A DNA stretch of 64,000 bases from Deltaproteobacteria bacterium (GCA_016930775.1 JAFGGB010000124.1:9671-73670); one strand, 5' to 3'; counted from the first letter of the stretch, positions 19,354 through 29,584 are shown. The notes: generated by a model not told the origin, from the letters alone. A program made the numbers and translations.

Positions 19354-20664
19354 GTGATACCGCGATATTCCAGGGAAATCATGACATCCCTATGGGGCCA
19401 TGAAAAAAGGTTCCAGACTTGGCTCGACATTGAGATCCTTGCCTGCGAGGCGCTGGCCGAACTTGGCGCCGTGCCGAAGCCGGCCCTTCAGAAGATCAAA
19501 GAACGAGCGGGGTTCGACATAGGGCGCATCGACGAGATCGAGCGCGAGGTGAAGCACGACGTTATCGCTTTTCTTACGTCCGTTGCGGAAAAAGTTGGAG
19601 AGGAAGGCCGCTATATCCACATGGGTCTGACATCGTCGGACATTCTGGATACGTCCTTCGCGGTTTTACTGAAAGAGGCGGCGGACATACTCATAGATGA
19701 CCTCGACGGACTGATCGATGTGATCCGCAGGCGGGCCTTAGAACACAAAGAAACCGTCATGATCGGGCGCTCCCACGGCATTCATGCAGAGCCTATCACC
19801 TTCGGCCTCAAGCTTGCCGTCTGGCATCAGGAAATGCAGAGGAACCGCAATCGGCTCCTTCGGGCCAAGGAAATAATCAGTTACGGGAAAATCTCCGGCG
19901 CAGTAGGCACCTTTTCTTTCGTCGATCCTTTCGTGGAGCGATATGTCTGCGAGAAACTTGGGCTGAAGCCGGCGCCGGCATCGACGCAAATCATTCAGCG
20001 CGACCGCCACGCCGAATATTTCACGACGCTGGCAATCATTGCCTCCTCGGTGGAAAAAATTGCTACGGAGATCAGGCTGCTCCAACGCACGGAAGTGCGC
20101 GAGGCCGAGGAATATTTCTCTCCGGGGCAAAAGGGTTCGTCTGCCATGCCCCACAAACGCAACCCCATTCTTTCCGAAAATCTCTCGGGTCTTGCCCGGC
20201 TCATGCGCTCCTACGCCCTTGTTTCGCTCGAGGACATCACATTGTGGCATGAACGGGATATAAGTCATTCTTCGGCGGAGCGCTTGATTGGACCTGACTC
20301 CACGATTCTCCTTGATTTTATGCTCTATCGGATCACGAATCTGATTGGCAGACTTGTCGTTAATAAAGAGCGGATGCTTTCGAATCTCGATATGACTCAT
20401 GGCGTCATCTTTTCGCAGCTTGTCCTACTGAAGCTGATTGAAACGGGAATGAGCAGGGAGGATGCATACAGAATCGTTCAGAAAAATGCCATGACGGCAT
20501 GGGAAGAGGCAAGGGATTTCAAGGGGCTCCTCTTTGATGATGCAGATGTTTCGAAGCGGCTCACGAAAGGGGAGATCGAAAGCGTCTTCGATGTGAGAAA
20601 CTTCCTCGGCAATGTTGACTGCATATTTCAGCGTGTGTTCGGCGGTGATGATAATGCGAAATAA
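19354..20664 (+). CDS. purB: Adenylosuccinate lyase
   Basis: 436 aa with a GTG start. Motifs: MIPRYSREIMTSLW and the fumarate-lyase signature GSSAMPHKRNP. Confidence 0.93.
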   Translation: MIPRYSREIMTSLWGHEKRFQTWLDIEILACEALAELGAVPKPALQKIKERAGFDIGRIDEIEREVKHDVIAFLTSVAEKVGEEGRYIHMGLTSSDILDTSFAVLLKEAADILIDDLDGLIDVIRRRALEHKETVMIGRSHGIHAEPITFGLKLAVWHQEMQRNRNRLLRAKEIISYGKISGAVGTFSFVDPFVERYVCEKLGLKPAPASTQIIQRDRHAEYFTTLAIIASSVEKIATEIRLLQRTEVREAEEYFSPGQKGSSAMPHKRNPILSENLSGLARLMRSYALVSLEDITLWHERDISHSSAERLIGPDSTILLDFMLYRITNLIGRLVVNKERMLSNLDMTHGVIFSQLVLLKLIETGMSREDAYRIVQKNAMTAWEEARDFKGLLFDDADVSKRLTKGEIESVFDVRNFLGNVDCIFQRVFGGDDNAK

Positions 20665-21283
20665 ATCGATGCTTATTTTACTGGCTGCAACCGTCATTGC
20701 CGGTTGCGCCGTGGTCAAGGATTATGCAGATGTGGCTACGCGCAAGGGTCTGTCGGAAGAATACAGGAAAATTCTGACACTCTGGACCCGCGAGGAGACC
20801 CTCTTTTCCCAATTTGAAACTCGCTTGAAGGTAACGGCTGTATATAAATCGCCTGCTTTTCGGAATGCTTACAGGGCGGAGCTTGATCGTCTTTATAGGG
20901 GCCAACAAATGGAACGGGATGTCGAAGTTCCTGCCATGTCTTATCAATCCTCCGATTCTATTGAATTTTTCTTTTACGCCTACACGCCCGACCGGGAGAT
21001 GAATGATTTTGCCGATGCTCGATCTCCGTGGCGAGTATTTCTATCAAGCGATAGGGACCCCGCAATTAAATCGCAGGATCTTCATGAAATTAATGCACGA
21101 AATCCCTTTGTAACGGAACTATTCCCCTTTGTGAATCCCTATCATGGAAAATTCTACAGCATTTCTTTTCCCGCCCCGGCCATCAAGTCTATGCAGGCTG
21201 GCGCACCTTCCGGTAAATTGCTTCTCAGTTTTGGAGGTATTTTCGGAACTGTCGAATTGACCTGGGATAAGCCGGTTTTCTAA
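20654..21283 (+). CDS. Hypothetical lipoprotein
   Basis: The ORF track starts at 20612. I prefer ATG 20654, giving MRNKSMLILLAATVIAGC with the lipobox VIAGC. It overlaps the purB end by 11 nt. I recognised no enzymatic motif. Confidence 0.6.
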   Translation: MRNKSMLILLAATVIAGCAVVKDYADVATRKGLSEEYRKILTLWTREETLFSQFETRLKVTAVYKSPAFRNAYRAELDRLYRGQQMERDVEVPAMSYQSSDSIEFFFYAYTPDREMNDFADARSPWRVFLSSDRDPAIKSQDLHEINARNPFVTELFPFVNPYHGKFYSISFPAPAIKSMQAGAPSGKLLLSFGGIFGTVELTWDKPVF

Positions 21284-21372
21284 TCAGGAGATTTCCCTGG
21301 TATAAACGTAGCGATACGGGAATGAGGAAATGAGCTGTATTGCAGCAACACGAAAGGATCTTGTGTTCTATA

Positions 21373-22185
21373 ATGAATGAGAAATCTGATTGCTATCTAA
21401 TGGAAAGTAGTGAAGAATCGATTCGCCTCGAAATAAAGACCAATAGCGGCGCAGTGCGCGAACAAGCACAATGGTGCGGCATCGAACCGGGTATGCGAAT
21501 ACTTGATGCCGGTTGCGGTCCTGGAAAAACTTCGGCGATTCTCCATGAAATGGTTCAACCGAATGGAAGCGTTATGGGAATAGATTATTCTCCTCAGCGA
21601 ATTGCATATGCCCAGAAACACTACAGCGAGGGACAAAAAATCGAATATCTGCTTCATGATCTCCGGGAACCGCTCCCAGACATTGGATTTTTTGACGTCA
21701 TATGGGTGCGTTTTGTTTTGGAACATCACAGAAAGAAGGGTAAGGTTATTATTGAAAACCTGAAGCATATATTGAAGCCGGGAGGAGTTCTTTGCCTATT
21801 AGATCTTGATCACAACTGTCTCAATCACTATGAAGTAACGCCTTCCATGAGAGATCTCCTCCATCGGCTCATGGAAGCTCTTGATGAACGATACGATTTC
21901 GATACCTATGCTGGCCGTAAGCTCTATTCATATCTCTACGATAACGGTTTCAAAGATATTCAGGTAACGCTGATGCCGCATCATCTCATTTACGGGGAAA
22001 TTAGAAACGAGGACTTCTTTAACTGGACGAAAAAAGTCGAGGTGGCGGCACGCAGACTTAAAGATATTTTTGATGGATATCCCGGGGGGTATGAAGGTTT
22101 TGTCCGTGCTTTCGAGTCGTTCTTTCGAGATCCTCGGAGATTTACCTATACAGCGCTCATTATTTGCAAGGGCAACATTTACTGA
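21373..22185 (+). CDS. Class I SAM-dependent methyltransferase
   Basis: Motif I is ILDAGCGPGKTS, with GGVLCLLD later. The start is uncertain: TTG 21340, ATG 21373 or ATG 21400. Confidence 0.75.
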   Translation: MNEKSDCYLMESSEESIRLEIKTNSGAVREQAQWCGIEPGMRILDAGCGPGKTSAILHEMVQPNGSVMGIDYSPQRIAYAQKHYSEGQKIEYLLHDLREPLPDIGFFDVIWVRFVLEHHRKKGKVIIENLKHILKPGGVLCLLDLDHNCLNHYEVTPSMRDLLHRLMEALDERYDFDTYAGRKLYSYLYDNGFKDIQVTLMPHHLIYGEIRNEDFFNWTKKVEVAARRLKDIFDGYPGGYEGFVRAFESFFRDPRRFTYTALIICKGNIY

Positions 22186-25046
22186 ATGGATGATATTGGT
22201 CGAGTCGCCAGTGCGGTCTGAATGCTATTGATGAGATCGTCGATTCGGTATGGTTTATTGAGAAAGAATGTAATGGTTTTGTCAAAGCGGCCATCTATTT
22301 GAAAATTAGCAGAATAACCGCTTGTAACGATGACCCTGATTTCCGGATCGATCTGCCGGAGCTCACTGAGACACCGTTCTCCTCCCATGCCCGGCATGAT
22401 TAGATCAAGCATGATGATGTCTATTTTGCTTCCTTCCTTTTTATAAATCTCTATTGCCCCCTCGCCGCTTGAGGCGCTCAATGTAGTGTATCCGTAGTGA
22501 TTGAGAATATCCCTCCCCGTTTCAAGAAGGGAAACTTCATCATCGACCAAAAGGATCGTTCCTTCGCCTGCAGTGGCGGCAGCCTTAGCAGTCTCAGCGA
22601 TTCTTGGCGCTTCGCCATGTATTTCCAAGGCCGGCAAATAGATCTTGAAGGTTGTGCCTTTCCTCTGTTCGCTTTCGCATACAATATAGCCGCTGTGGTT
22701 CTTCACGATGCCGTAAACTACGGACAGGCCAAGTCCCGTTCCTTTTCCCGCCGGTTTGGTTGTGAAAAAGGGTTCGAAAATGTGTTCGACGGTGTCTTGG
22801 TGCATTCCACAACCGGTGTCGCGAACACCGATCATCGCATAGGCGCCTTCCTTGATAATCTCATTTCCATCAGGCCAGATATTCTTGTTCACATAAACAT
22901 TCTTTGTCATGATTTCCAGAATGCCGCCTTCGGGCATTGCATCACGGGCATTGACGGCCAAGTTCATAATTACCTGTCCGAGTTGAGAATGATCGCCATT
23001 GATGAAAGCGAGATCGTTTTCAAGATTCAACTTGATGGAAATCATTTTCGGAATTGTATTGCTGAGGAGTTCATAAAGATTGGTGATCTCGTCATTGAGA
23101 TCCACAGGATGAAGCTTGCTCTCCACTTTGCGACTGAAGAGCATAAGTTCTTGAATGAGGTCCGTAGCGCGTCGAGTCAGAGAGTTGACATTGGCGAGGT
23201 ATCGGAAATCTGGATCTTGATCAGCTTTCCTCATCATTAGTAGCTCGACATAACTGCCGATTGCCTGAATGATATTATTAAAATCGTGTGCTATTCCACC
23301 GGTCAGAGTGCCTATGGCTTCCATTTTCGAGGCATGCTGCAGCTGGTTCTCAAGATTGCGCTGTTCAGTAATGTCTTTCAAGGTTCCCACAATACCGGTT
23401 ACCGTCCCGCGGTCATTGGTGTTAGGAGCGCCGTTAAAGCTGAACAGCCGGGGAGAATTATGGATGTCTCTCAATGTGAATGTTGTGTTTCTTACCGTTT
23501 CCTGATTATCTTTTATCCTACGGAAAGTTTCAGTGTAACTATTGAGATCCTCTTCGAGGATAAAGTTTGTAAAAGGCTGGTTAAGAACAGTATTTTGAGG
23601 GTATCCCAAAATTTCCTCCCAGGCAGAATTCACATATGTGAGAGAACCCTCTCGTGACAGGGCGTAAATGATATCTGGTGCATTTTCGCTGATAGCGCGG
23701 AACCATTCTTCGTTTTCCCGGATTTTTTCATACATGCGGGCATTGTGAAGAAAAATACCGATCTGTGGGGCGATTCCCATGAGCAGGTTTGCATCACTTT
23801 GCGTCAATTGCTTATTGCTCAGGATGTTGTCGACGGCGAGCACTCCCTCGGATTTTCCTTCGTGTACGATTGGCACGCATATGAAAGATTGGGCTTGAAT
23901 GCGCTCGATGAATTGCAGAGTCTTCGGTGAGAGAGAGTTCTTAAATTCATCTACATTATCAATGAGAAAGGGACGCTGCTCTCTAAATGATACTACAAAC
24001 GCTCCCTTGGAGCCTGGTTTGTCGAGATTAAAGGCTGTCTGTCGAAGATAAGCACCTTCCTCTGTGTCATAGCCGTAACCCGCCTTATAAATCAGATGAG
24101 TCCGTTCGTTATTTGCGAGCATGACGAGACCTCGGTCGAAGTCCAGTCGCTTTTGAAGAATGTTCATGAAATGCAGCAGCAGTTGATCGATGTCGAGGAT
24201 TCGTGACAAGGCCTGACCGATTTCTTGGACAAGAAGCGCATCGTTATAGCGACGGTTAATTTGATTAATTAGCTGGTTTGCTATGTCGCCTTGGGTGGTT
24301 ACTTTAGTCGCGTAATTGATTTTTTGGAGCCTTTCGGCATTAAGAAAGACAAGAGACGATGCGAGCAATAATGCAAGAAGGACCATAATCCAGTAGCTTG
24401 TTGGGAGGAGGAAGAACAACCCTCCAGTGGCGATCGCGCTAGCGAGCGAAACATATCGACTCAGTTGCTTCCATAGAACGAATGAAACCTTTTCCCAAGA
24501 AACGATATAGCGGCAACATTTGTCTCCCCGATGAATGCAGGATGTATGCTCAACTGTGGCGTAATTTTTTGTGAAAACTGTGGCTAGCCCTTCAAACATT
24601 CCTTGACGGTTTTCACACTGGAATGGTCCTTCTTTTACTCCGGGTTTTGTAAAAACTGTCAATTCTACGGAACAGTCATTGATTTTTCTGGTTTGTATAT
24701 TTACGTGATGGCTTATGGTAGCGCTTGCCTTTTCAAGCACTCTGTAAGCAGTGATTGGTGTAAGAAAACCGATGAAGTACTGGCGAATTATGCTTGATCC
24801 TTTGGCAGAGGCGAGATAGCGGCCTGCTTCGCGGGCCAAGGAAGGGTTATTTGTTTTTTCTGACAGAACTTTTTGAAATTTATTTATCTGCTCCTGGGTG
24901 AACCAGTGGCCCTGATCGGCTACCTCTTGAGCGCCAATTTCTGATTCTTTAAGAATAGAGTAAATGTCAATTTCTGGATAATGAACATTAAGATACTCAA
25001 AGTAGGAACGAATTATTCTGCTGTTATACAGAGGCTTGCTTTCCAT
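22179..25046 (-). CDS. Hybrid sensor histidine kinase: N-terminal cytoplasmic ligand-binding-like domain, TM segments, GAF, PAS, HisKA, HATPase_c and receiver
   Basis: 955 aa. H-box GGIAHDFNNIIQAI, N-box NLAVNARDAM, G-boxes DTGCGM and GTGLGLSVVYGIV. Receiver motifs ILLVDDEVS and IIMLDLIMPGMGG. Hydrophobic segments GGLFFLLPTSYWIMVLLALLLASSLVFL. Confidence 0.88.
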   Translation of the reverse strand: MESKPLYNSRIIRSYFEYLNVHYPEIDIYSILKESEIGAQEVADQGHWFTQEQINKFQKVLSEKTNNPSLAREAGRYLASAKGSSIIRQYFIGFLTPITAYRVLEKASATISHHVNIQTRKINDCSVELTVFTKPGVKEGPFQCENRQGMFEGLATVFTKNYATVEHTSCIHRGDKCCRYIVSWEKVSFVLWKQLSRYVSLASAIATGGLFFLLPTSYWIMVLLALLLASSLVFLNAERLQKINYATKVTTQGDIANQLINQINRRYNDALLVQEIGQALSRILDIDQLLLHFMNILQKRLDFDRGLVMLANNERTHLIYKAGYGYDTEEGAYLRQTAFNLDKPGSKGAFVVSFREQRPFLIDNVDEFKNSLSPKTLQFIERIQAQSFICVPIVHEGKSEGVLAVDNILSNKQLTQSDANLLMGIAPQIGIFLHNARMYEKIRENEEWFRAISENAPDIIYALSREGSLTYVNSAWEEILGYPQNTVLNQPFTNFILEEDLNSYTETFRRIKDNQETVRNTTFTLRDIHNSPRLFSFNGAPNTNDRGTVTGIVGTLKDITEQRNLENQLQHASKMEAIGTLTGGIAHDFNNIIQAIGSYVELLMMRKADQDPDFRYLANVNSLTRRATDLIQELMLFSRKVESKLHPVDLNDEITNLYELLSNTIPKMISIKLNLENDLAFINGDHSQLGQVIMNLAVNARDAMPEGGILEIMTKNVYVNKNIWPDGNEIIKEGAYAMIGVRDTGCGMHQDTVEHIFEPFFTTKPAGKGTGLGLSVVYGIVKNHSGYIVCESEQRKGTTFKIYLPALEIHGEAPRIAETAKAAATAGEGTILLVDDEVSLLETGRDILNHYGYTTLSASSGEGAIEIYKKEGSKIDIIMLDLIMPGMGGERCLSELRQIDPEIRVIVTSGYSANFQIDGRFDKTITFFLNKPYRIDDLINSIQTALATRPISSIQ

Positions 25047-27168
25047 GATCCTTGTTAAGTCTTATCCTAAAGCTCTTTTCCATGTATTCAAGGTAGCGGT
25101 CGCCGAAGTGCGCTGTGTTAAGTATCCAAAGATCGTAATCCTTTTCTGTGGATATTCCCCTTTGCGCAGTGAAAGTTGAAGGGTATATAAGGAGAGGAAT
25201 GTTGTTTGTTTGGAAGTTCTGCGTTAAATTGAAAACGGTCGCCTGAATAATATTCCAAGTTAGTTCGGAACTATCCATAACAATTACCTTTACGCCGTTT
25301 ATTAGATCCGAGAGGTTGATCAATAGATTGGATTGATTAACGATGAGAACCGCCGCTATATTGCCGTTTTTCTTTAAACAAAAGGTATTCCAGCGTCTGA
25401 TAAAGCCATGACGAGCGTACGTGTCCCCAACGGAATCCGCGCCGACTTTTTTCTTGCCCCAGTTGATAGCGTCGAGGAGAAGGCCTCCCGAGACATTTCT
25501 ATAGTAAAGATCAAGCTTCCAGAGATCCATGCTTGAACAATCGTCGATACTCCATCCGGGTGGCAGGTTCTGTGATGAACCATGGCGATGGAAGGTCAGA
25601 TAGGAAAACCTGTCTAAGGAGGAACCTTGAGGATTATTCAGTTCCCGGGCGAATCCACCGAAAACACGGTCAATAATTCGGTTGTTCGGACGGAAATAGG
25701 TCATTACATAGTTCATCTGGGCAGACGGCAGCCGGTAGAGTCCGTTAATGCAATGAATAATTTGTTTCAGCACCTGGAATCCGGTGACATGACCCTCCAT
25801 GGGACGGGCCGCAAAATGGTGTATCATCCATGCGCACTCATAGGCTCTGATCATCGCGATATGTCCAAAAATGCGACCATCGGTTTCGTATGTGAAGTGA
25901 ATGGCAATGTCTTGCTTGCCGTGGTAAAGTTTTTCGTAGGTTTTTTTGAATTCAGCCCGGTGCATCTGTATGTGATGGTATTTTTCCGGATAAATGAAAC
26001 CTGCGTCAAAAAAGAACTCCCAGAGGTTTTCGGTGTCCACATTGTTTGAAATAAATGCGTGGGGATCGCTTGTCTGGCTTATGAGTTGCGTCAATTGCGA
26101 ATAAGTTGGAACATCCATGTCCAGTATTGCGATGCCGCACATTGCTTGGTTTCCCTCGCATCGTCGATAGATGACTTGGCAACAGCACTTGAGGTTCATG
26201 GCGCCTGCGTACATTATTGAGAGTTCCGGAATGATAAGACCCGGCATGAGAACGCTATCCTGACATTTTTCGATAACGGAGAATCCCGCAGCGGAAATAT
26301 CGACAATTTCCCGTTGGATCATTTTCCGGAAAAAAGGGTGCCGAAAGGAAGCCAGTGGTTGTGGGATCAATGTAATCCGCGGGTTTCGAATTATTTTCTT
26401 CTGGAAACGGATGATTTGCCTTTCGTCAGGGGCAAAGACAAGTTCAGTCCCTCTGGAATGATTGCGTTCGCGGATATGCCGGCAGGGTCCTGCAAATAAC
26501 AGATGATTGCCCACGCGCAAGTGAATGATTGCAGGAATCTCGGGATTGTACCATTGCCGGGGCATCGAATGATCCGACGTAATGAGAATACGGAAGCCCT
26601 CCGGGTTGAAGTCCATCAGGATTCCTTTGGCCAGAATGCCGCTTTGCACAATCTCGGCGGGTATTTCCGAGCATCCGTGACGTTTCGTTTTTCGTTGGTC
26701 CAGGGAGTAACTTTGTTCGGGCAAAGTTAATGTTAGGCTTTGTTCGTTCATTGACAGGACGGTGGCCGGCGAAACAACAATCGACCCATTATTGGGGATG
26801 ATCAGGTATTGGAAGTGATAATCTCCAATCTTAAGAGATGCAATCGATTGATCCTGCCAGTTGCAGGTAACTGAACTGCCGATACAGGGTTCTGGCGATA
26901 CGGTGAGTAGAATGCCCTCATCGTATGTGGGATGACCGAAGCAGGCATACAGATGCCGATCGATGAAATGGGCATGGTTAATTATGTTAATTATTTTTTC
27001 TTTTCGGAGTTTTAGCGAATTCGAAAAGTTCTGAACAATCTCACGGTGTTGAAAGAGCCATGGAGGAAGAGAGGGCGCCCCACTGTCCTGCGTGACAACG
27101 TCTGGCGCTGAATTCAGTGCGATGCCTGCTTTTGTTTCGTTCATGAGTGTCAGCACCGGACTCCGCAA
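25024..27168 (-). CDS. Tandem PilZ-domain protein with a large uncharacterised C-terminal module
   Basis: 714 aa. The first PilZ-like motif pair is QRKTKRH...GILMDFNPEGF. The second is QKKIIRNPR...VDISAAGFSV (DxSxxG). About 330 C-terminal residues have no motif I can assign. The 3' end overlaps the kinase start by 23 nt. Confidence 0.7.
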   Translation of the reverse strand: MRSPVLTLMNETKAGIALNSAPDVVTQDSGAPSLPPWLFQHREIVQNFSNSLKLRKEKIINIINHAHFIDRHLYACFGHPTYDEGILLTVSPEPCIGSSVTCNWQDQSIASLKIGDYHFQYLIIPNNGSIVVSPATVLSMNEQSLTLTLPEQSYSLDQRKTKRHGCSEIPAEIVQSGILAKGILMDFNPEGFRILITSDHSMPRQWYNPEIPAIIHLRVGNHLLFAGPCRHIRERNHSRGTELVFAPDERQIIRFQKKIIRNPRITLIPQPLASFRHPFFRKMIQREIVDISAAGFSVIEKCQDSVLMPGLIIPELSIMYAGAMNLKCCCQVIYRRCEGNQAMCGIAILDMDVPTYSQLTQLISQTSDPHAFISNNVDTENLWEFFFDAGFIYPEKYHHIQMHRAEFKKTYEKLYHGKQDIAIHFTYETDGRIFGHIAMIRAYECAWMIHHFAARPMEGHVTGFQVLKQIIHCINGLYRLPSAQMNYVMTYFRPNNRIIDRVFGGFARELNNPQGSSLDRFSYLTFHRHGSSQNLPPGWSIDDCSSMDLWKLDLYYRNVSGGLLLDAINWGKKKVGADSVGDTYARHGFIRRWNTFCLKKNGNIAAVLIVNQSNLLINLSDLINGVKVIVMDSSELTWNIIQATVFNLTQNFQTNNIPLLIYPSTFTAQRGISTEKDYDLWILNTAHFGDRYLEYMEKSFRIRLNKDHGKQASV

Positions 27169-27260
27169 CTGTCATAAACTTCCATGCTTTCCGACCTTAT
27201 CGGCAGTCTATCATAGTGCGTCGCCTAATATACATGTATTCGCTTATGGAACGTCTGCTG

Positions 27261-27542
27261 CTATACGTTTACCGTTTCTTTCAGCTTCCTTGAGCACTTG
27301 AAAGTCACGACATGTCTCGAATCAAGCATAAGTTCTTCGCCCGTCTGCGGATTGCGCCCTTTCCGGGGACTTTTTTTCTTTACGGACCATTTGCCGAAGC
27401 CCGAGATCAGCACATCGTTCTTGTGCGCCAATTCTCCCTTCATCAATTCGAAAACGCCTTCAACCAGTTCGGCGCAACGCTCCTTTGAGAAACTGGTATT
27501 TGCATGAAGCTTCTTAACGATCTCTCCCTTTGTCAGCGTCAT
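27261..27542 (-). CDS. IHF/HU-family DNA-bending protein
   Basis: 93 aa. MTLTKGEIVKKL...LISGFGKWSVKKKSPRKGRNPQTGEELMLDSRHVVTFKCSRKLK, the classic beta-arm with the RNPQTGE motif. Confidence 0.88.
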   Translation of the reverse strand: MTLTKGEIVKKLHANTSFSKERCAELVEGVFELMKGELAHKNDVLISGFGKWSVKKKSPRKGRNPQTGEELMLDSRHVVTFKCSRKLKETVNV

Positions 27543-27599
27543 GATCCCCTCCTTGCTTTTCTGTTTGTTCGTTATTCGTTGCTGCCGACCCGGTGTTCT

Positions 27600-28739
27600 T
27601 CAGGACTGCAGATAGCGTCCTATGGTCATTATTTCCGCTTCCTTTGTGCCTTCGTAAAGTTCCAGAATTTTTGCGTCGCGGTAAAAGCGCTGAACGTTAT
27701 ACTCATCTATGTAGCCATAGCCTCCGTGAATTTCAACAGCCGCATTGGCACAAAACACCGCTGTTTCGCCGCCGAAATACTTCGCCATAGCGGCAAGATG
27801 ATAATCGGGTTTTCCAGAATCGACGAGCCATGCCGCTTTGTAGACAAGGTTGCGGAGGGCCTCGAGGCGCGTTGCCATATCGGTGAGCTTCGTCATGGTC
27901 GCCTGGAAGCTTCCGATCGGCGTTCCGAAGGCCGTTCTCTCCTTGGCATACTTGATAGATTCGTCTATGCACGCCCGGGAAAGTCCGACAGCCTGCCCTG
28001 CCACCATAATTCTCGTTACATCAAAAAAATGCATCAACTGATAGAATCCCCGTTTTTCGCTACCCAGGAGGTTTGCCGCAGGAACCCGCACATCTTCGAA
28101 GGCAATTTCAGCCGTGTCGCTTGCCCGAATGCCCATTTTCCCGCGAATTTTGTTTCTCGTTATGCCGGGGGAATCTGCGGGCACTATAACTTGGCTGAAG
28201 CTCTGGTGACGCTTCTCTTCAGGGTTTGTGATGCACTGCAGGACCATCCAGTGGCAGACGGAACCGTTCGTGATAAATGTCTTTGTGCCGTTGATGACGA
28301 AATCGTCGCCGTCTCTTACGGCGCGGGTTTTGTATCCCGCCACATCGGTGCCGGCGTTTGGTTCCGTGAAGGCCCCGGCGCTCACCTGTTCTCCCCGGCA
28401 TACGGGAGGGAGGTACGCCTGCTTCTGTTCTTCCGTGCCGTAATAATAGAGAGCTTCGCACCCGAAGGACGCGGCGCAGATATTGAGACCTATTCCCATA
28501 TCCACCCTGCTTACTTCCTCGGAGATAAGGGTGTTTCCAAGGACTCCGACGCCGGCGCCTCCATAGTCCTCGGAAATCCACGCTCCGACTAAACCCTGCT
28601 CTGCAGCCTTGATTCGGATTTCCGGCGTGTATCGCTCATGTTCATCGCAATCCCGGGCGATGGGGGCGATTTCGTTCTGGGCAAATTTACATGCCATGTC
28701 CTTCAACATCCGCAGTTCTTCTGAAAGCTCGAAGTTCAT
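27600..28739 (-). CDS. Acyl-CoA dehydrogenase
   Basis: 379 aa. Motifs: FTEPNAGTDVAG, ITNGSV, and HGGYGYIDEYNVQRFYRDAKILELYEGTKEAE. Confidence 0.92.
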   Translation of the reverse strand: MNFELSEELRMLKDMACKFAQNEIAPIARDCDEHERYTPEIRIKAAEQGLVGAWISEDYGGAGVGVLGNTLISEEVSRVDMGIGLNICAASFGCEALYYYGTEEQKQAYLPPVCRGEQVSAGAFTEPNAGTDVAGYKTRAVRDGDDFVINGTKTFITNGSVCHWMVLQCITNPEEKRHQSFSQVIVPADSPGITRNKIRGKMGIRASDTAEIAFEDVRVPAANLLGSEKRGFYQLMHFFDVTRIMVAGQAVGLSRACIDESIKYAKERTAFGTPIGSFQATMTKLTDMATRLEALRNLVYKAAWLVDSGKPDYHLAAMAKYFGGETAVFCANAAVEIHGGYGYIDEYNVQRFYRDAKILELYEGTKEAEIMTIGRYLQS

Positions 28740-29022
28740 GGTTGCTCCTTCCCCTGAGTTTGCACGGCAATGATTTATGTCTTAAATGGAAAAACTCTAT
28801 TAATGTCAAATGTATAGTGGTTTCTTGAACCCTTTGTCAACAAAAATATGTTGCTGCGGATGTATTTTTTATTGACGATCATCAATGCGGCATATGTAGG
28901 CGGAGTTTAACTCTTGTTCCTTCTGATTGAATCCGGATTTACCACATAAAGATTGAAGAAGGTCTCTCAATAACCTTAAGGTCTTAAATTACAAGAGAAA
29001 ATAAACACTTAATATGCAAAAT

Positions 29023-29319
29023 ATGAGTCAACCAGAGGGTGAAGACTTGCAAGTAGGTTTTGATAGCAGTCGCGGGCTGGAATTTCATGGTTACGGTGAC
29101 TGAAGATGCAGGTTTCATCCCGTATCGTAATCCGGAGGAAGGCGTATTGATTAATTTGTGATTCGGTGTTGAAAGATTTGACGCACAATGCTCAAGAAAC
29201 TGATTAAGATCGGTGCGGAGATTGTCAGACACAGCAGATACATCTCGTTTCAAATGGCGGAGGTGGCAGCCAGCAGGAATCTATTTGCGGACATTCAGTT
29301 CTGGATTGAGCGATTGTGA
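29023..29319 (+). mobile_element. Internally deleted, frame-shifted remnant of an IS4/IS1380-superfamily DDE transposase gene
   Basis: Three fragments in different frames:
- MSQPEGEDLQVGFDSSRGLEFHGYGD* (29023-29103)
- VTVTEDAGFIPYRNPEEGVLINL* (29090-29161)
- TMLKKLIKIGAEIVRHSRYISFQMAEVAASRNLFADIQFWIERL* (29182-29319)
The first two resemble the N-terminus (KLEFHG..ITSDAGLL.YRELDE) of these transposases and the last resembles the C-terminus (KIGAKVVRHGRYVTFQMAEVAV.R.LF..IL.RI.RL). The catalytic core is missing. Confidence 0.7.
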
Positions 29320-29584
29320 TGTTGCCCAGTCTAAAAATGCTGTTCCCAGGTATGAACAATGCAAGAATAGTCTATTGTTGCTTGCCCGGGTCCAAGAAAA
29401 TTCTTGAATTACTGATTGTGAATGGATAATTTACAGCAGAAATGATAGGACTCTCGAGTCAGGTCGGCAAGGATGAAAGATTTGACTCAAAGTCTCAGAT
29501 TAAAGCTATCTTTGACTGTTTTAATTTTGATATGGCGAATGTTGGAATAAACCAGGTTGTCATCATGACATGGGAGAGTGAAGG

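Noticed and set aside
27504-28592. 362-aa ORF antisense to the acyl-CoA dehydrogenase gene.
   Set aside because: The minus-strand ACAD translation is full-length and motif-complete. The antisense frame is a shadow ORF.
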